Positions 10,480 through 19,557 are shown, counted from the first letter of the stretch. The stretch: DNA of 64,000 bases from Patescibacteria group bacterium (GCA_041666325.1 JBAYHC010000001.1:59338-123337); one strand, 5' to 3'. The notes: generated by a model from the sequence alone, not told the origin. Numbers and translations are program-made.

Positions 10480-11196
10480 ATGAATAATCGACGAACAAAA
10501 AACATTTATAAAATAATAATATCCCAGCTTGGCGTAGGCTTGATCATGTTTGTACTGGGTCTTGTTATTGTCGTCTATGCACAAGGCTATCGCATCAACC
10601 CGAAGAATTTAAAGATCATCAAAACAGGGATCCTCTTTGTATCCTCTAACCAAAAAGTTGCTGATGTCTATGTTAATGGCAAGGTTGTCTCACAAAAAAT
10701 GCCCTATGCTACAAACCTTCTGCCTGGTACATACAGCGTTCTCATTAAGAAGGACGGTTATGCCAGTTGGTCCGCAATGTCTGATGTCAAGCAAGAGTTG
10801 GTTACAAGTTACAAAACAATCGTTCTTTTCAAGGAAAGTATTGTTTCGCAAGAATTGACCGACGAAAAGAAAATTGCCCTGCTATCTGTTCCTACCGACA
10901 TCCTGGCAGTCAACGCAGAAAAGGCCCTTGTCTATAATGAACACGAAATCTGGACGAACGATACTTTGGTCACACGATTTTCCAAGCCTATAACAAAAGC
11001 CATGTGGTATCCAGACCTTGATCATATTATTTATCAGCAAGGTCAAGAGATTCGTGTAATCGAAAAAAACGGTGTCAATGACACGCTTCTGGTTAGACTA
11101 GCAAATGACCAGCCAACAGTCTTTACGATTGGAAATCATGGCGAAGAACTCTACTATCTCGATAATGGCGTCTATCGCTTTGCGACAATTAGATAG
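10480..11196 (+). CDS. PEGA-domain membrane-anchored protein
   Basis: N-terminal TM helix then PEGA-like beta segment ADVYVNGKVVSQKMPYATNLLPGTYSVLIKKDGY. Confidence 0.55.
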   Translation: MNNRRTKNIYKIIISQLGVGLIMFVLGLVIVVYAQGYRINPKNLKIIKTGILFVSSNQKVADVYVNGKVVSQKMPYATNLLPGTYSVLIKKDGYASWSAMSDVKQELVTSYKTIVLFKESIVSQELTDEKKIALLSVPTDILAVNAEKALVYNEHEIWTNDTLVTRFSKPITKAMWYPDLDHIIYQQGQEIRVIEKNGVNDTLLVRLANDQPTVFTIGNHGEELYYLDNGVYRFATIR

Positions 11197-11248
11197 CCGC
11201 CACACTTACTATCCTGACCGATAGCATGCCTCTCCTTTGCCTCAAGCC

Positions 11249-12025
11249 CTATCTTGTCTTCGGCAGTTTTTGTTGTTTCCCTGTTTGGATACTCTTGTTG
11301 CTCTCATCCGGAGAAGGGCTGATTTGGTTTGCTCGAACTACCAGTCTTCTGAGTGTAGTCCCGACTGGCGTACATGTCATGAGAGTAAGGATTGGCTTGT
11401 CGGTTGATTCCATGACTGATAGGTCACTTGGCTCAACGACTTTTATCTCTGAGACTTTGTAAATATAGTCCTTGTTTTGGTACCTGAGCTGGACGAGATC
11501 ACCAACGACTACCTTGTCCAAAAGAGCAAATATTGCCTTGTAGTCGCCCTTGTTCCAAGGCAGATCAGAACTGTGCCCTGTGACAAAGACATTGCCCTTC
11601 TCTCCGGGCATGGCCGTGCCATTGATGTGTATCAACCCATTTTGAAGGTTCTTCCTAACATCAGAATCATTGTTTTCTACCCGCCAGGTTACGGGCGCAT
11701 AAACATTAATCGAGGGAACGGCGAGATGATTATCAGAAATTTCCGGTACCGATATGGTAACTGGCTTGCCGGATTCAACTTTAACCGCTAGCTTTTGGAT
11801 CTCCTGTGCGTACGGCTCAACTTTGTACTCTGTCCGATACCAGTAAATAAGTTGACGGTATAGGTTTTGGTAGTTAATTGCAGCAAAGACCGTTATGTAG
11901 AGAAAGGTTAAAGAAAAAAAGACTCGCAAAAATCTCGTTCTTTTTGAAAGTCTTTTCTTCTTTTTTTCGACAAAGAGATCAAGAAGATCATCTTCTGTCA
12001 GGGTTTTTTTTGTTATTCGCCCCAT
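11249..12025 (-). CDS. sortase-family transpeptidase
   Basis: TLxTC active-site motif ILTLMTCTPVG, catalytic His region VFVTGHSS; ORF in track is over-extended through tRNA-Leu (artifact N-terminus MAELVDAHDSKS...); start set to MGRITKK at 12025. Confidence 0.7.
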   Translation of the reverse strand: MGRITKKTLTEDDLLDLFVEKKKKRLSKRTRFLRVFFSLTFLYITVFAAINYQNLYRQLIYWYRTEYKVEPYAQEIQKLAVKVESGKPVTISVPEISDNHLAVPSINVYAPVTWRVENNDSDVRKNLQNGLIHINGTAMPGEKGNVFVTGHSSDLPWNKGDYKAIFALLDKVVVGDLVQLRYQNKDYIYKVSEIKVVEPSDLSVMESTDKPILTLMTCTPVGTTLRRLVVRANQISPSPDESNKSIQTGKQQKLPKTR

Positions 12026-12064
12026 AGTTTTCTCGATACTAAAGCTCTTGCACCAAGTGAATTT

Positions 12065-12149
12065 GGTGCCGCGGGTGGGAATCGAACCCACACTCCTTTC
12101 GGAACACGATTTTGAGTCGTGCGCGTCTACCAATTCCGCCACCGCGGCA
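12065..12149 (-). tRNA. tRNA-Leu (anticodon CAA), type II with long variable arm
   Basis: Minus-strand read GCCGCGGTGGCGGAATTGGTAGACGCGCACGACTCAAAATCGTG...GGGTTCGATTCCCACCCGCGGCACCA; 7-bp acceptor stem, anticodon loop CTCAAAA, T-loop GTTCGATTC, encoded CCA. Confidence 0.85.
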
Positions 12150-12324
12150 CAAATTTTTACTTGGTGTGTCTACTAGTTCCGCTATTCACTCACATTATTA
12201 TTCCGTCACCATAACACATTTGCTTAACAACCGAAGTTGATTATAGCACAAATTTATCATGTATACCAGATCCTAATTGATCAAATACTTAACCTGGTGC
12301 TATCATAAACATCATTATATAGCA

Positions 12325-12927
12325 CTAACTTCTTTTTATCTCCTTAATCTTTTCTGAGGTTAAATCATAGATCTGAGAGGGTCCGCTACTCTCGATTTGA
12401 CCGCCATCAACCATGATGTCAATCTTCCCAATGTCTTCTGGCGAAAATTGAATTAAAATATCATCGACAGAAAAGCAGCTCTGACTGCCTGATTTGTTGG
12501 CTGAAGTTTGGACAAGCGGCGACTTGATCCGGTCCGATATACCGAGAATTAGCTCACTGTCAGGAATTCTGACACCGATGGTTCCATTGTGGCTGCAATA
12601 ACGACAGATTGAGGCCTTCTGGGAAAGATTAAGGACAAATGTATAGCGACCAGGAACTCGTTGGCGAATAAAATCAAGGTGGTCACCGTGCATATCAGAG
12701 ATATCGAGCAAACCCTCGACACTATTGATGACGACACCGAGTGGTTTGACAAAAGATCGCCCTTTAATCTGATAGATTCTCTCGGCGATTGTATCATCGT
12801 CCGCTCTCGCCAAAAAACCATAGACAGTATCGAACGGCAATACGGCAATGCCGCCGCCAATAATGACCATCGCCACTTCATCGATAACACTATTGATATT
12901 CGTTTTTGATAGTTTAATAACTCTCAT
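12325..12927 (-). CDS. tsaC: L-threonylcarbamoyladenylate synthase (YrdC/Sua5 family)
   Basis: 200 aa; YrdC-domain motifs LPFDTVYGF and PLVQTSANKSG. Confidence 0.8.
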   Translation of the reverse strand: MRVIKLSKTNINSVIDEVAMVIIGGGIAVLPFDTVYGFLARADDDTIAERIYQIKGRSFVKPLGVVINSVEGLLDISDMHGDHLDFIRQRVPGRYTFVLNLSQKASICRYCSHNGTIGVRIPDSELILGISDRIKSPLVQTSANKSGSQSCFSVDDILIQFSPEDIGKIDIMVDGGQIESSGPSQIYDLTSEKIKEIKRS

Positions 12928-13081
12928 ATTTTGTGATTAATATTGTTTCCAACATATAGACTACTATCGCCACTTCGCTCCTTGAACGACCCGGGGGGTC
13001 CCTGCGGGCGCTGTATCAATAGCACATTACTTTATATCTTGTTATAATATTGGAAAGATAGCAAGGGTAGGAAGGAGATTA

Positions 13082-14125
13082 ATGATCGACTCTCAATTTG
13101 AGAGCCTTATTGAGGAGCTAGACAGCGAACACATGATTGACCAGATCGAATCTTTTGGCGGTGACTGCGAGGCAGCATGGCGGAAGTTCTCAGATGTTAG
13201 TTTTTCCGATGAGTATTCTTCGTGCTCCAATATTGTCTTAACGGGTATGGGCGGGTCAGGTGCTGCCAACGAAATGATCAAGGAGATAGCTTTTTCTGCA
13301 GATGTCAGCATCGAGGTAATACATGACTACACCCTGCCTGGCTATGTTGACGAAAGATCACTCGTTATCGCTAGCTCTTATTCTGGTAACACAGAAGAAA
13401 CAATAGCCAGCGTCAAGTCGGCCCTGGAGCTTGGCTCAAAGATCATCATTATTACAACTGGCGGCAAACTAGCGGCAATCGCAAAAGAGCACAATCTTCC
13501 CTGCTTAATGTTTAGCTTCCACTCACAGCCCAGAATGTCCTTTTCTTATCTGCTTATCGCACTTCTGGCCACCTTCTCTCGCCTTGGCCTCTATGAGACA
13601 AAACAAGATCTTGCACAGGTATTTCTCGATCTGAGCCAAAAAACAATCGCATTTCACAGAGAAACGACGAAGGATAGAAATCCCGCCAAGCGATTAGCCG
13701 AGAAGATGTATCAAAAATTTCCCATTGTTTACTCCTCTCCCCTGCTTAAGTCTTGTGGTTTGCGCTTCAAAACTATGCTCAACGAAGACTCCGACAGTTT
13801 TGCCGCGTTCGACTACTACCCAGAGCTCGATCATAATAGCGTGGCAGGCTACACCAAGCCACAGATTCCAGTAATCGTCGTTCAACTCGAATCCATGTAT
13901 GATACGGAGAGAATCAAAACGCGGCAGAGAGTTACGCTCGAAATTATGAAGCAAAATAATATCGAGACTGAGAGAGTTTTCATTGAGGATGCCAATGATA
14001 GTTTGACAGAGAGACTGATTATGACTAACCTACTTGACGCTGCATCCTACTACCTAGCACTTCTGTATGGTGTTGACCCATCAAACACTCCAAATATTGC
14101 GTATATAAAATCCGAATTAACTTAA
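13082..14125 (+). CDS. bifunctional phosphoglucose/phosphomannose isomerase (SIS domain, archaeal-type)
   Basis: 347 aa, two SIS-like halves (LTGMGGSG...SYSGNTEET); adjacent to gpmI. Confidence 0.65.
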   Translation: MIDSQFESLIEELDSEHMIDQIESFGGDCEAAWRKFSDVSFSDEYSSCSNIVLTGMGGSGAANEMIKEIAFSADVSIEVIHDYTLPGYVDERSLVIASSYSGNTEETIASVKSALELGSKIIIITTGGKLAAIAKEHNLPCLMFSFHSQPRMSFSYLLIALLATFSRLGLYETKQDLAQVFLDLSQKTIAFHRETTKDRNPAKRLAEKMYQKFPIVYSSPLLKSCGLRFKTMLNEDSDSFAAFDYYPELDHNSVAGYTKPQIPVIVVQLESMYDTERIKTRQRVTLEIMKQNNIETERVFIEDANDSLTERLIMTNLLDAASYYLALLYGVDPSNTPNIAYIKSELT

Positions 14126-14140
14126 GTCTGCCGGAGGGGC

Positions 14141-15730
14141 ATGATTCTGTCAAAAAAGAAACAACCATTCGTTTTGATAGTTCTCGATGGTTGGGGCATC
14201 GCTCCAGCATGGGGTGGTAATGCAATAGCACAGGCAGACACCCGTAATTTTGATCGTGCCTGGAATAGTTATCCTTCCACCATATTGCTTGCGTCAGGCG
14301 ATGCTGTCGGGCTGCCAACGAATTCGCCTGGCAACTCTGAGGCTGGCCATCTTAATCTTGGCGCCGGAAGAATTATCCACCAAGACCAAACTTTAATCGA
14401 CGAACAAATCGACAAGGGCAATTTTCAAAATAGCCCGGAAATTTTGGGTGCTATCTCGCATGCCCAAAAACACAATTCGTCGTTACACTTGGTTGGTCTT
14501 TTGTCAAAGACAGGAACACACAGCCATATCAAGCACTTATATGAACTACTCACTCTAATCCATACCAAAGGTTTCTCCCGTGTCTATATTCACCTTTTCT
14601 CTGATGGGAGGGACTCTGAACCAATGTCCGGCATGGAGATGGCCATGGAAGTTGAGAAGAAGATTAAGGAAATCGGGGTTGGTACAATAGCTTCTCTTTC
14701 TGGTCGGTTTTATGCTATGGACAGAGATAATCGTTGGGGGCGCATTGCAAGGGCTTACAATTTACTAACCAAGGGTGAGGGCCAGGTATTCGATTCAATT
14801 ATTTCTGCTTTTCGGGAGTCTTACGGCCGTGGTGTCACCGATGAGTTTGTTGAGCCGTGCCTCATCGCGAACAAGGAGCAGCAGAGATCAACGATCGGCG
14901 ATAATGATAGTATAATTATTTTTAATTTCAGAAGTGATAGAGTCCGGGAAATCACCAGAGCATTTCTGGAGGAAAAACTGCCTGAGTTCTCCGATCGACT
15001 CAAACTTTCCAATCTCTATATTGCTACATTCGTTGTTTACGACGACCACCTACTGTCCCACCAGGTATTCAAGCCCGAAAAGATTGATAATCCTATCGCA
15101 AAAGTCTGGTCTGATCAGAGTTTGCGCCAGTTTCATATCGCGGAGACGGAGAAGTATCCGCATGCAACTTACTTTATCAATGGAGGCGTAGAAAAGCCTT
15201 TCCCTGGTGAAGATCGATTGATGATACCATCTCCTCGAAACTTCCGGACTTACGATTACGTCCCTAAGATGAGCGCCGAGAAACTTAGTGCTATGTTGGT
15301 ACATGTTATCAAAAGCCGTTCCCACGATTTTATTATTGCCAATTTTGCAAATGCCGATATGGTTGGGCATACTGGCAATCTTCAGGCCACCGTGCAGGCC
15401 GTTGAGTTCGTTGACCGTTGCCTTGGAGATATCTTTGTCGAAACAGTTAAGGCAAATGGGGCCGTATTCATCGTCGGCGATCACGGAAACGCTGAGCAAA
15501 TGGTCAATCCAGTTACCGGCGAAGCAGATACAGAGCACACGACAAATCCCGTTCCGTTCGTGGTTGTCAGCGACATAGAGAAGATTAAAAATGCCAAGCT
15601 CTTAACAAACGGTGTGCTTGCCTCAGTTGCACCCACGATACTGGATCTAGCGTCGATCAAAGCCCCGGAGAGCATGGTTAACCCATCATTAGTTATCAGA
15701 GAGATTATAAAAAATGAACCCATCACCTAA
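14141..15730 (+). CDS. gpmI: 2,3-bisphosphoglycerate-independent phosphoglycerate mutase
   Basis: 529 aa; metal/catalytic motifs intact: LIVLDGWG, NSEAGHLNLGAG (catalytic Ser), SDGRDS, ADMVGHTGN, GDHGNAE. Confidence 0.9.
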   Translation: MILSKKKQPFVLIVLDGWGIAPAWGGNAIAQADTRNFDRAWNSYPSTILLASGDAVGLPTNSPGNSEAGHLNLGAGRIIHQDQTLIDEQIDKGNFQNSPEILGAISHAQKHNSSLHLVGLLSKTGTHSHIKHLYELLTLIHTKGFSRVYIHLFSDGRDSEPMSGMEMAMEVEKKIKEIGVGTIASLSGRFYAMDRDNRWGRIARAYNLLTKGEGQVFDSIISAFRESYGRGVTDEFVEPCLIANKEQQRSTIGDNDSIIIFNFRSDRVREITRAFLEEKLPEFSDRLKLSNLYIATFVVYDDHLLSHQVFKPEKIDNPIAKVWSDQSLRQFHIAETEKYPHATYFINGGVEKPFPGEDRLMIPSPRNFRTYDYVPKMSAEKLSAMLVHVIKSRSHDFIIANFANADMVGHTGNLQATVQAVEFVDRCLGDIFVETVKANGAVFIVGDHGNAEQMVNPVTGEADTEHTTNPVPFVVVSDIEKIKNAKLLTNGVLASVAPTILDLASIKAPESMVNPSLVIREIIKNEPIT

Positions 15731-17309
15731 AAACCAGCTGGCGCTATTATTAATAGAGGGCTTTGGCCTATCAACTTCCTCTATCGGAAATGCAATTTGG
15801 GCGGCAAATCCAAAAGCTTTTTTTGACCTGTGGAGAAGGTATCCTCACTTCGCGCTTCAAACACGGTCGGCCAAGGACAAAAAAACAAGTTCTTCTCACA
15901 CTTCTGAATCAAATTTTTCTACCCTGGCCAGTGGCACTATCACAGAAACAAATCAGGAATACATCAATCGCGTAATAAAAGATGGTTCAATTGATAAATC
16001 TGGTCACTTGGCCAAAAAGCTGGACCAGAATTCCGTGCACATGGCATCAGTTCATCTTGTCGGATCAATCTCAAAGGACGACTCACTAGGCTGCATCCGC
16101 CACCTGGAAGCAATTATCGACGAAATATCCAATAAGAATGTTCATAATGTATATATTCATTTAATTATTGACGAGACAATCGATACAAAATTTGATTTGC
16201 TTGATCTCGTTGAGAAAGTTGAGAAGCTGGCTGCCCGCTCTGCCAACATTCATATCGCTACTATCGGCGGGGCTGATTTTTTCCGAGAAACTGTCTCTGC
16301 CAAAATTGACAAACTGTCGACAGGGTTTAAATCCATCTACCGTGGGACAAATAATAGTGCCCTCTCGCTCTCTCAAGCGATATCACTGTATTTAAAATCG
16401 AATGAGAGACCTTCTGAGATGCAGCCAGTATCAATCTTGTCTAACGGCATGCTAAGCGGACGAATCGGCGACTTCGACTTAATTGTTTTCTTTAACCACA
16501 ATCTGGTTGGCCTAGAGAGATTGATGTTCTCGTTCGTTACAGACACAGGCATAAACAATCAGACAAGCCTGTCTCGATCTATCTCGGTTCTTTCTCTAAT
16601 TAGTCCAACGCATGGCAACGAGCGTATTATTTCAATCATAGACCGAAGCTATGAGACTAATCTTTTCTCAACGATCAGCTCTGCTGGCCTGTCTCAGATT
16701 GTGGCCTCTGACAGCAGCCGCATGCAACTTCTCCAGAGCTACTTTCCTTCCAACAAATCAGGAATAGAGGAAATGTACATTCCTGCCCCGCTTGCCTTTA
16801 ACCAATATCTATCCAAGTATCAACGTATTACAAACAAGGTTGCCGAAGGTGCTTTTTCTGCCCTCTCAAGAAAATCATGCGATTTTGCACTTTTGCATAT
16901 CCCCTGCCTTGATATAGTAGCTGAGTCCGGAAGCCTTAACGATGCTGTTGCGGCGGTAAAATACGTGGATAGGTTAATTGATCTATTCGTCAAATCTGCG
17001 TCCTCAATGGGCATAAGAGTGATTATCTCCGCAAGCATCGGCCGAGCAGAAAAGATGACGCGAACCGCAAACCAGAGAGCTTGTGTTGCAACCTCAAACC
17101 CAGTTCCATTTATCTATGTTCCGGACGAACAGGGCACAACCAAAAGAACGAAATTCCACCCATCGCACGAGATTATTACCGAACTGCTTCACCCTAAGCA
17201 TCACATTGCCGATATTGCTCCTACAATATTGAATATTCTTGGTCTCGAGACACCATCATATATGACAGGCAAGGCACTAACCGAATCTTTTGCCCGCGAT
17301 ATTGATTAA
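15714..17309 (+). CDS. iPGM-like paralog lacking catalytic/metal-binding residues (putative pseudoenzyme)
   Basis: 531 aa, collinear similarity to gpmI (LLLIEGFG, VYIHLIIDETID, VKYVDRLI) but SEAGH, DGRD, HTG and DHGN motifs replaced; start overlaps gpmI stop by 17 nt. Confidence 0.6.
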   Translation: MNPSPKNQLALLLIEGFGLSTSSIGNAIWAANPKAFFDLWRRYPHFALQTRSAKDKKTSSSHTSESNFSTLASGTITETNQEYINRVIKDGSIDKSGHLAKKLDQNSVHMASVHLVGSISKDDSLGCIRHLEAIIDEISNKNVHNVYIHLIIDETIDTKFDLLDLVEKVEKLAARSANIHIATIGGADFFRETVSAKIDKLSTGFKSIYRGTNNSALSLSQAISLYLKSNERPSEMQPVSILSNGMLSGRIGDFDLIVFFNHNLVGLERLMFSFVTDTGINNQTSLSRSISVLSLISPTHGNERIISIIDRSYETNLFSTISSAGLSQIVASDSSRMQLLQSYFPSNKSGIEEMYIPAPLAFNQYLSKYQRITNKVAEGAFSALSRKSCDFALLHIPCLDIVAESGSLNDAVAAVKYVDRLIDLFVKSASSMGIRVIISASIGRAEKMTRTANQRACVATSNPVPFIYVPDEQGTTKRTKFHPSHEIITELLHPKHHIADIAPTILNILGLETPSYMTGKALTESFARDID

Positions 17310-17358
17310 TTGTCACATTTTAGATATAATTTGATCCGTCCTCGGCCAAATAACCTTC

Positions 17359-17410
17359 GGGCCCATAGCTTAGCTAGCAGAGCGCCCCGATAGTTATCGG
17401 CTAGGTCAGG
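17359..17410 (+). other. tRNA 5'-half-like fragment (acceptor + D-arm, GGGCCCATAGCTTAGCTAGCAGAGCG) fused to direct-repeat copy 1
   Basis: First 10 nt identical to tRNA-Ala at 17681; no matching T-arm/acceptor 3' strand downstream; repeat AGAGCGccCCGATAGTTATCGGCTAGGTCAGG at 17379..17410. Confidence 0.5.
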
Positions 17411-17414
17411 GAAA

Positions 17415-17675
17415 ATGAAACCCGAGATTTATATATTATCACTTGCAAATGGTCAATATTACATTGGCTCTACCCATGACGTCGAGCGCCGTCTAATCGA
17501 ACACAATTCCGGCAAGACCAAGAGTATCAGACATAAACTCCCCGCGAGACTCGTCTTTCGACAAGAAATTGCCACATTACCAGAAGCCCGAAAGACTGAA
17601 TATAAGTTAAAACAAAAGAAAAGCAAAAGGATCATCGAAACAATAATTACGAGCGGCAAAATTGAAATAAAATAG
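17415..17675 (+). CDS. GIY-YIG nuclease family protein (YhbQ/UPF0213-like)
   Basis: 86 aa; GIY-YIG core IYILSLANGQYYIGSTHDVERRLIEHNSG closely parallels E. coli YhbQ [28 protein letters not shown]. Confidence 0.75.
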   Translation: MKPEIYILSLANGQYYIGSTHDVERRLIEHNSGKTKSIRHKLPARLVFRQEIATLPEARKTEYKLKQKKSKRIIETIITSGKIEIK

Positions 17676-17680
17676 CTGGC

Positions 17681-17757
17681 GGGCCCATAGTTCAGTTGGC
17701 TAGAACGCATCGCTGGCAGCGATGAGGTCAGCGGTTCGAATCCGCTTGGGTCCACCA
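17681..17757 (+). tRNA. tRNA-Ala (anticodon GGC)
   Basis: GGGCCCATAGTTCAGTTGGCTAGAACGCATCGCTGGCAGCGATGAGGTCAGCGGTTCGAATCCGCTTGGGTCCACCA; G3:U70 AlaRS identity pair, anticodon loop CTGGCAG, encoded CCA. Confidence 0.85.
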
Positions 17758-17771
17758 ACTATTTTACTTCA

Positions 17772-17828
17772 AGAGCGAGCCGATAGTTATCGGCTAGGTC
17801 AGGAGTTCAAGTCTCCTCAGATCCGCCA
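17772..17828 (+). other. tRNA 3'-half-like fragment (anticodon-like hairpin, variable loop, T-arm AGGAG-TTCAAGT-CTCCT, acceptor 3' strand CAGATCC, G, CCA) fused to direct-repeat copy 2
   Basis: Repeat AGAGCGagCCGATAGTTATCGGCTAGGTCAGG at 17772..17803; perfect T-arm and CCA but no complementary 5' acceptor strand (GGATCTG) nearby. Confidence 0.5.
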
Positions 17829-17878
17829 CAATTATTAATGACCCATGTGAGTCATTTTTATTATGATATAGTTTTGAT

Positions 17879-18436
17879 ATGAAGTTATACGCTCTCTACA
17901 CAACAATCAGACTACTGAATGGTCAGGAGTGGCTAGAACGCTATATGAGCAAATACGGCCAGCCTTATGATTTGCACATCACCTTGAGGCAGCCATGTTT
18001 TATTGATGAAAAAGATGAGGATAAGCTCAAGTCCAAGGTCGACGCCTTGTTACGGGAGGGCAAAATCAAAAGAATGGTAACGGGCTTCACGAGGGTTGTT
18101 TTTGAAGAGCCAACAACCCAAAATGGCGGGTGTATTATGCTTAATGCCTCATCGTCAACCAGTCTATCAAAGTTACAAAAACACTTGGTGCTAGGCCTAA
18201 AAGAGTATGCAGAATATCAGTACCCGGAGAGGAAAACGTACGAAGATAACTTTATGCCGCATATTACCATAGGAGATAATCTTTCTCTTAAATTGTATAA
18301 AGAAGCAGTCGCGGAATTACCTAGTAAGATTGACGTAAAGGCCGAAATCAACAGTGTTGTCTTGATAGTAGTTGTTGACGATAGTGAGACCGAACGGAAA
18401 AATCCCAATAACATAACAACGTACAATCTGGTATAA
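17879..18436 (+). CDS. 2H phosphoesterase superfamily protein (LigT / 2'-5' RNA ligase / cyclic phosphodiesterase-like)
   Basis: 185 aa with two H-x-T-x motifs: HITLRQ and HITIGD at the expected spacing. Confidence 0.65.
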   Translation: MKLYALYTTIRLLNGQEWLERYMSKYGQPYDLHITLRQPCFIDEKDEDKLKSKVDALLREGKIKRMVTGFTRVVFEEPTTQNGGCIMLNASSSTSLSKLQKHLVLGLKEYAEYQYPERKTYEDNFMPHITIGDNLSLKLYKEAVAELPSKIDVKAEINSVVLIVVVDDSETERKNPNNITTYNLV

Positions 18437-18568
18437 ATTCTCCTATCGACAACGAATAGTTTAAACACAACGACCAAGCCGCCCGAATGTCCTGGTCCAA
18501 ACGATTGATGTTTATTCAGTTTCACTTTTGTAAATCTTAGTCAGTTTCAGTGTTCACTCAAGGATAGT

Positions 18569-18657
18569 GCTGATAAAATCATTCATAATTATTTGACCTG
18601 GGTCCACCAAAAAATAACTAGCACCTTACGAGGTGTTTTTTATTTTTACTGGGAGCG
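18569..18657 (+). repeat. intergenic repeat family B copy 1 (ends in terminator-like hairpin CACCTTACGAGGTG + T-run)
   Basis: GCTGATAAAATCATTCATAATTATTTGACCTGGGTCCACCAAAAAATAACTAGCACC... shares order and long blocks with 19558..19627. Confidence 0.5.
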
Positions 18658-18726
18658 GTAAATTGTCAGCGCCGCGAAGCGGGAAAGGAAAAGATTAATT
18701 TACGAAAGCACTTCAGGAAACCAGTT

Positions 18727-18927
18727 CTATTTGTATTCCAAAATATCGCCAGGCTGACACTTCAAAGCTTTACAGACAGCCTCTAATGTTGATAATCGGA
18801 TTGCTTTGGCCTTTCCATTCTTCAACACAGAAATATTAGCCATCGTAATCCCAACTTTCTCTGCAAGTTCGGTGACACTCATCTTTCTTTTTGCCAGCAT
18901 CACATCGATGTTAATTATGATTGCCAT
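18727..18927 (-). CDS. HTH XRE-family transcriptional regulator (YozG-like)
   Basis: 66 aa; helix-turn-helix MSVTELAEKVGITMANISVLKNGK; paired with DUF2975-like membrane protein as in the known yozG pair. Confidence 0.75.
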   Translation of the reverse strand: MAIIINIDVMLAKRKMSVTELAEKVGITMANISVLKNGKAKAIRLSTLEAVCKALKCQPGDILEYK

Positions 18928-18937
18928 GTGATTTTCA

Positions 18938-19420
18938 TTAAACCGTTAGGTCGTTTTCAGTTTTTATATCTACAGCATTTTGCAGAAACCTCTCGAACAC
19001 AACCGCGGCAGTGGTAATTACGACAGAGGCAAAAATCATAAAAAGACCCACGGCAACACCACCCGCAATGTCATCCTTGCCTCTAATAGCGATGAACAGA
19101 TAGGCTTCAGCCCCCACGACAAAACTCACAGTGGCGAACGCACAATATTTTATAGTTCGCAAAGCGTTCACGGCCGCTCGCGAGAACACATTATTTTGCC
19201 CGATGTAGCCTAGTAGTCTAAACATTTGATGGAGCGCCACAAAAAATGGAATGGACGCTATATATACATACGCCAAAAAGGGGTCTTCGAAGTAAATCTC
19301 AAAGAGCGTGGCATGCACATTCCTGCCCTCGATGTGGGGTTCCCAAAGCATTAGGGCAAGAGCACTGATGCTGATGAGCACAATAACTACCTGAAGAAAT
19401 ATTGTTGAGCTTTTTTTCAT
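18938..19420 (-). CDS. DUF2975-like membrane protein (partner of YozG-type regulator)
   Basis: 160 aa, 4 predicted TM helices; immediately upstream of and co-oriented with the small XRE regulator. Confidence 0.55.
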   Translation of the reverse strand: MKKSSTIFLQVVIVLISISALALMLWEPHIEGRNVHATLFEIYFEDPFLAYVYIASIPFFVALHQMFRLLGYIGQNNVFSRAAVNALRTIKYCAFATVSFVVGAEAYLFIAIRGKDDIAGGVAVGLFMIFASVVITTAAVVFERFLQNAVDIKTENDLTV

Positions 19421-19557
19421 TGTTGTCTCTTGTAAATTTTATGCTTCCATAATAATTTATAGTTTATCGTATGTCAATATAAATATATCGTTATGAGCGA
19501 ATACGGCAAACCATAACAAATCTTCCTCGGCTTAGGTACCAACTAAAAGAAAATATT

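Noticed and set aside
12026-12142. N-terminal 39 residues of ORF 11249..12142 (MAELVDAHDSKSCSERSVGSIPTRG...)
   Set aside because: This is the in-frame translation of tRNA-Leu(CAA) on the minus strand; the sortase gene starts at the internal ATG (12025).
17459-17758. Minus-strand ORF 99 aa (MVDPSGFEPLTSSLPAMRSSQL...)
   Set aside because: Translation of the reverse complement of tRNA-Ala plus the antisense of the GIY-YIG gene; classic tRNA-derived artifact.
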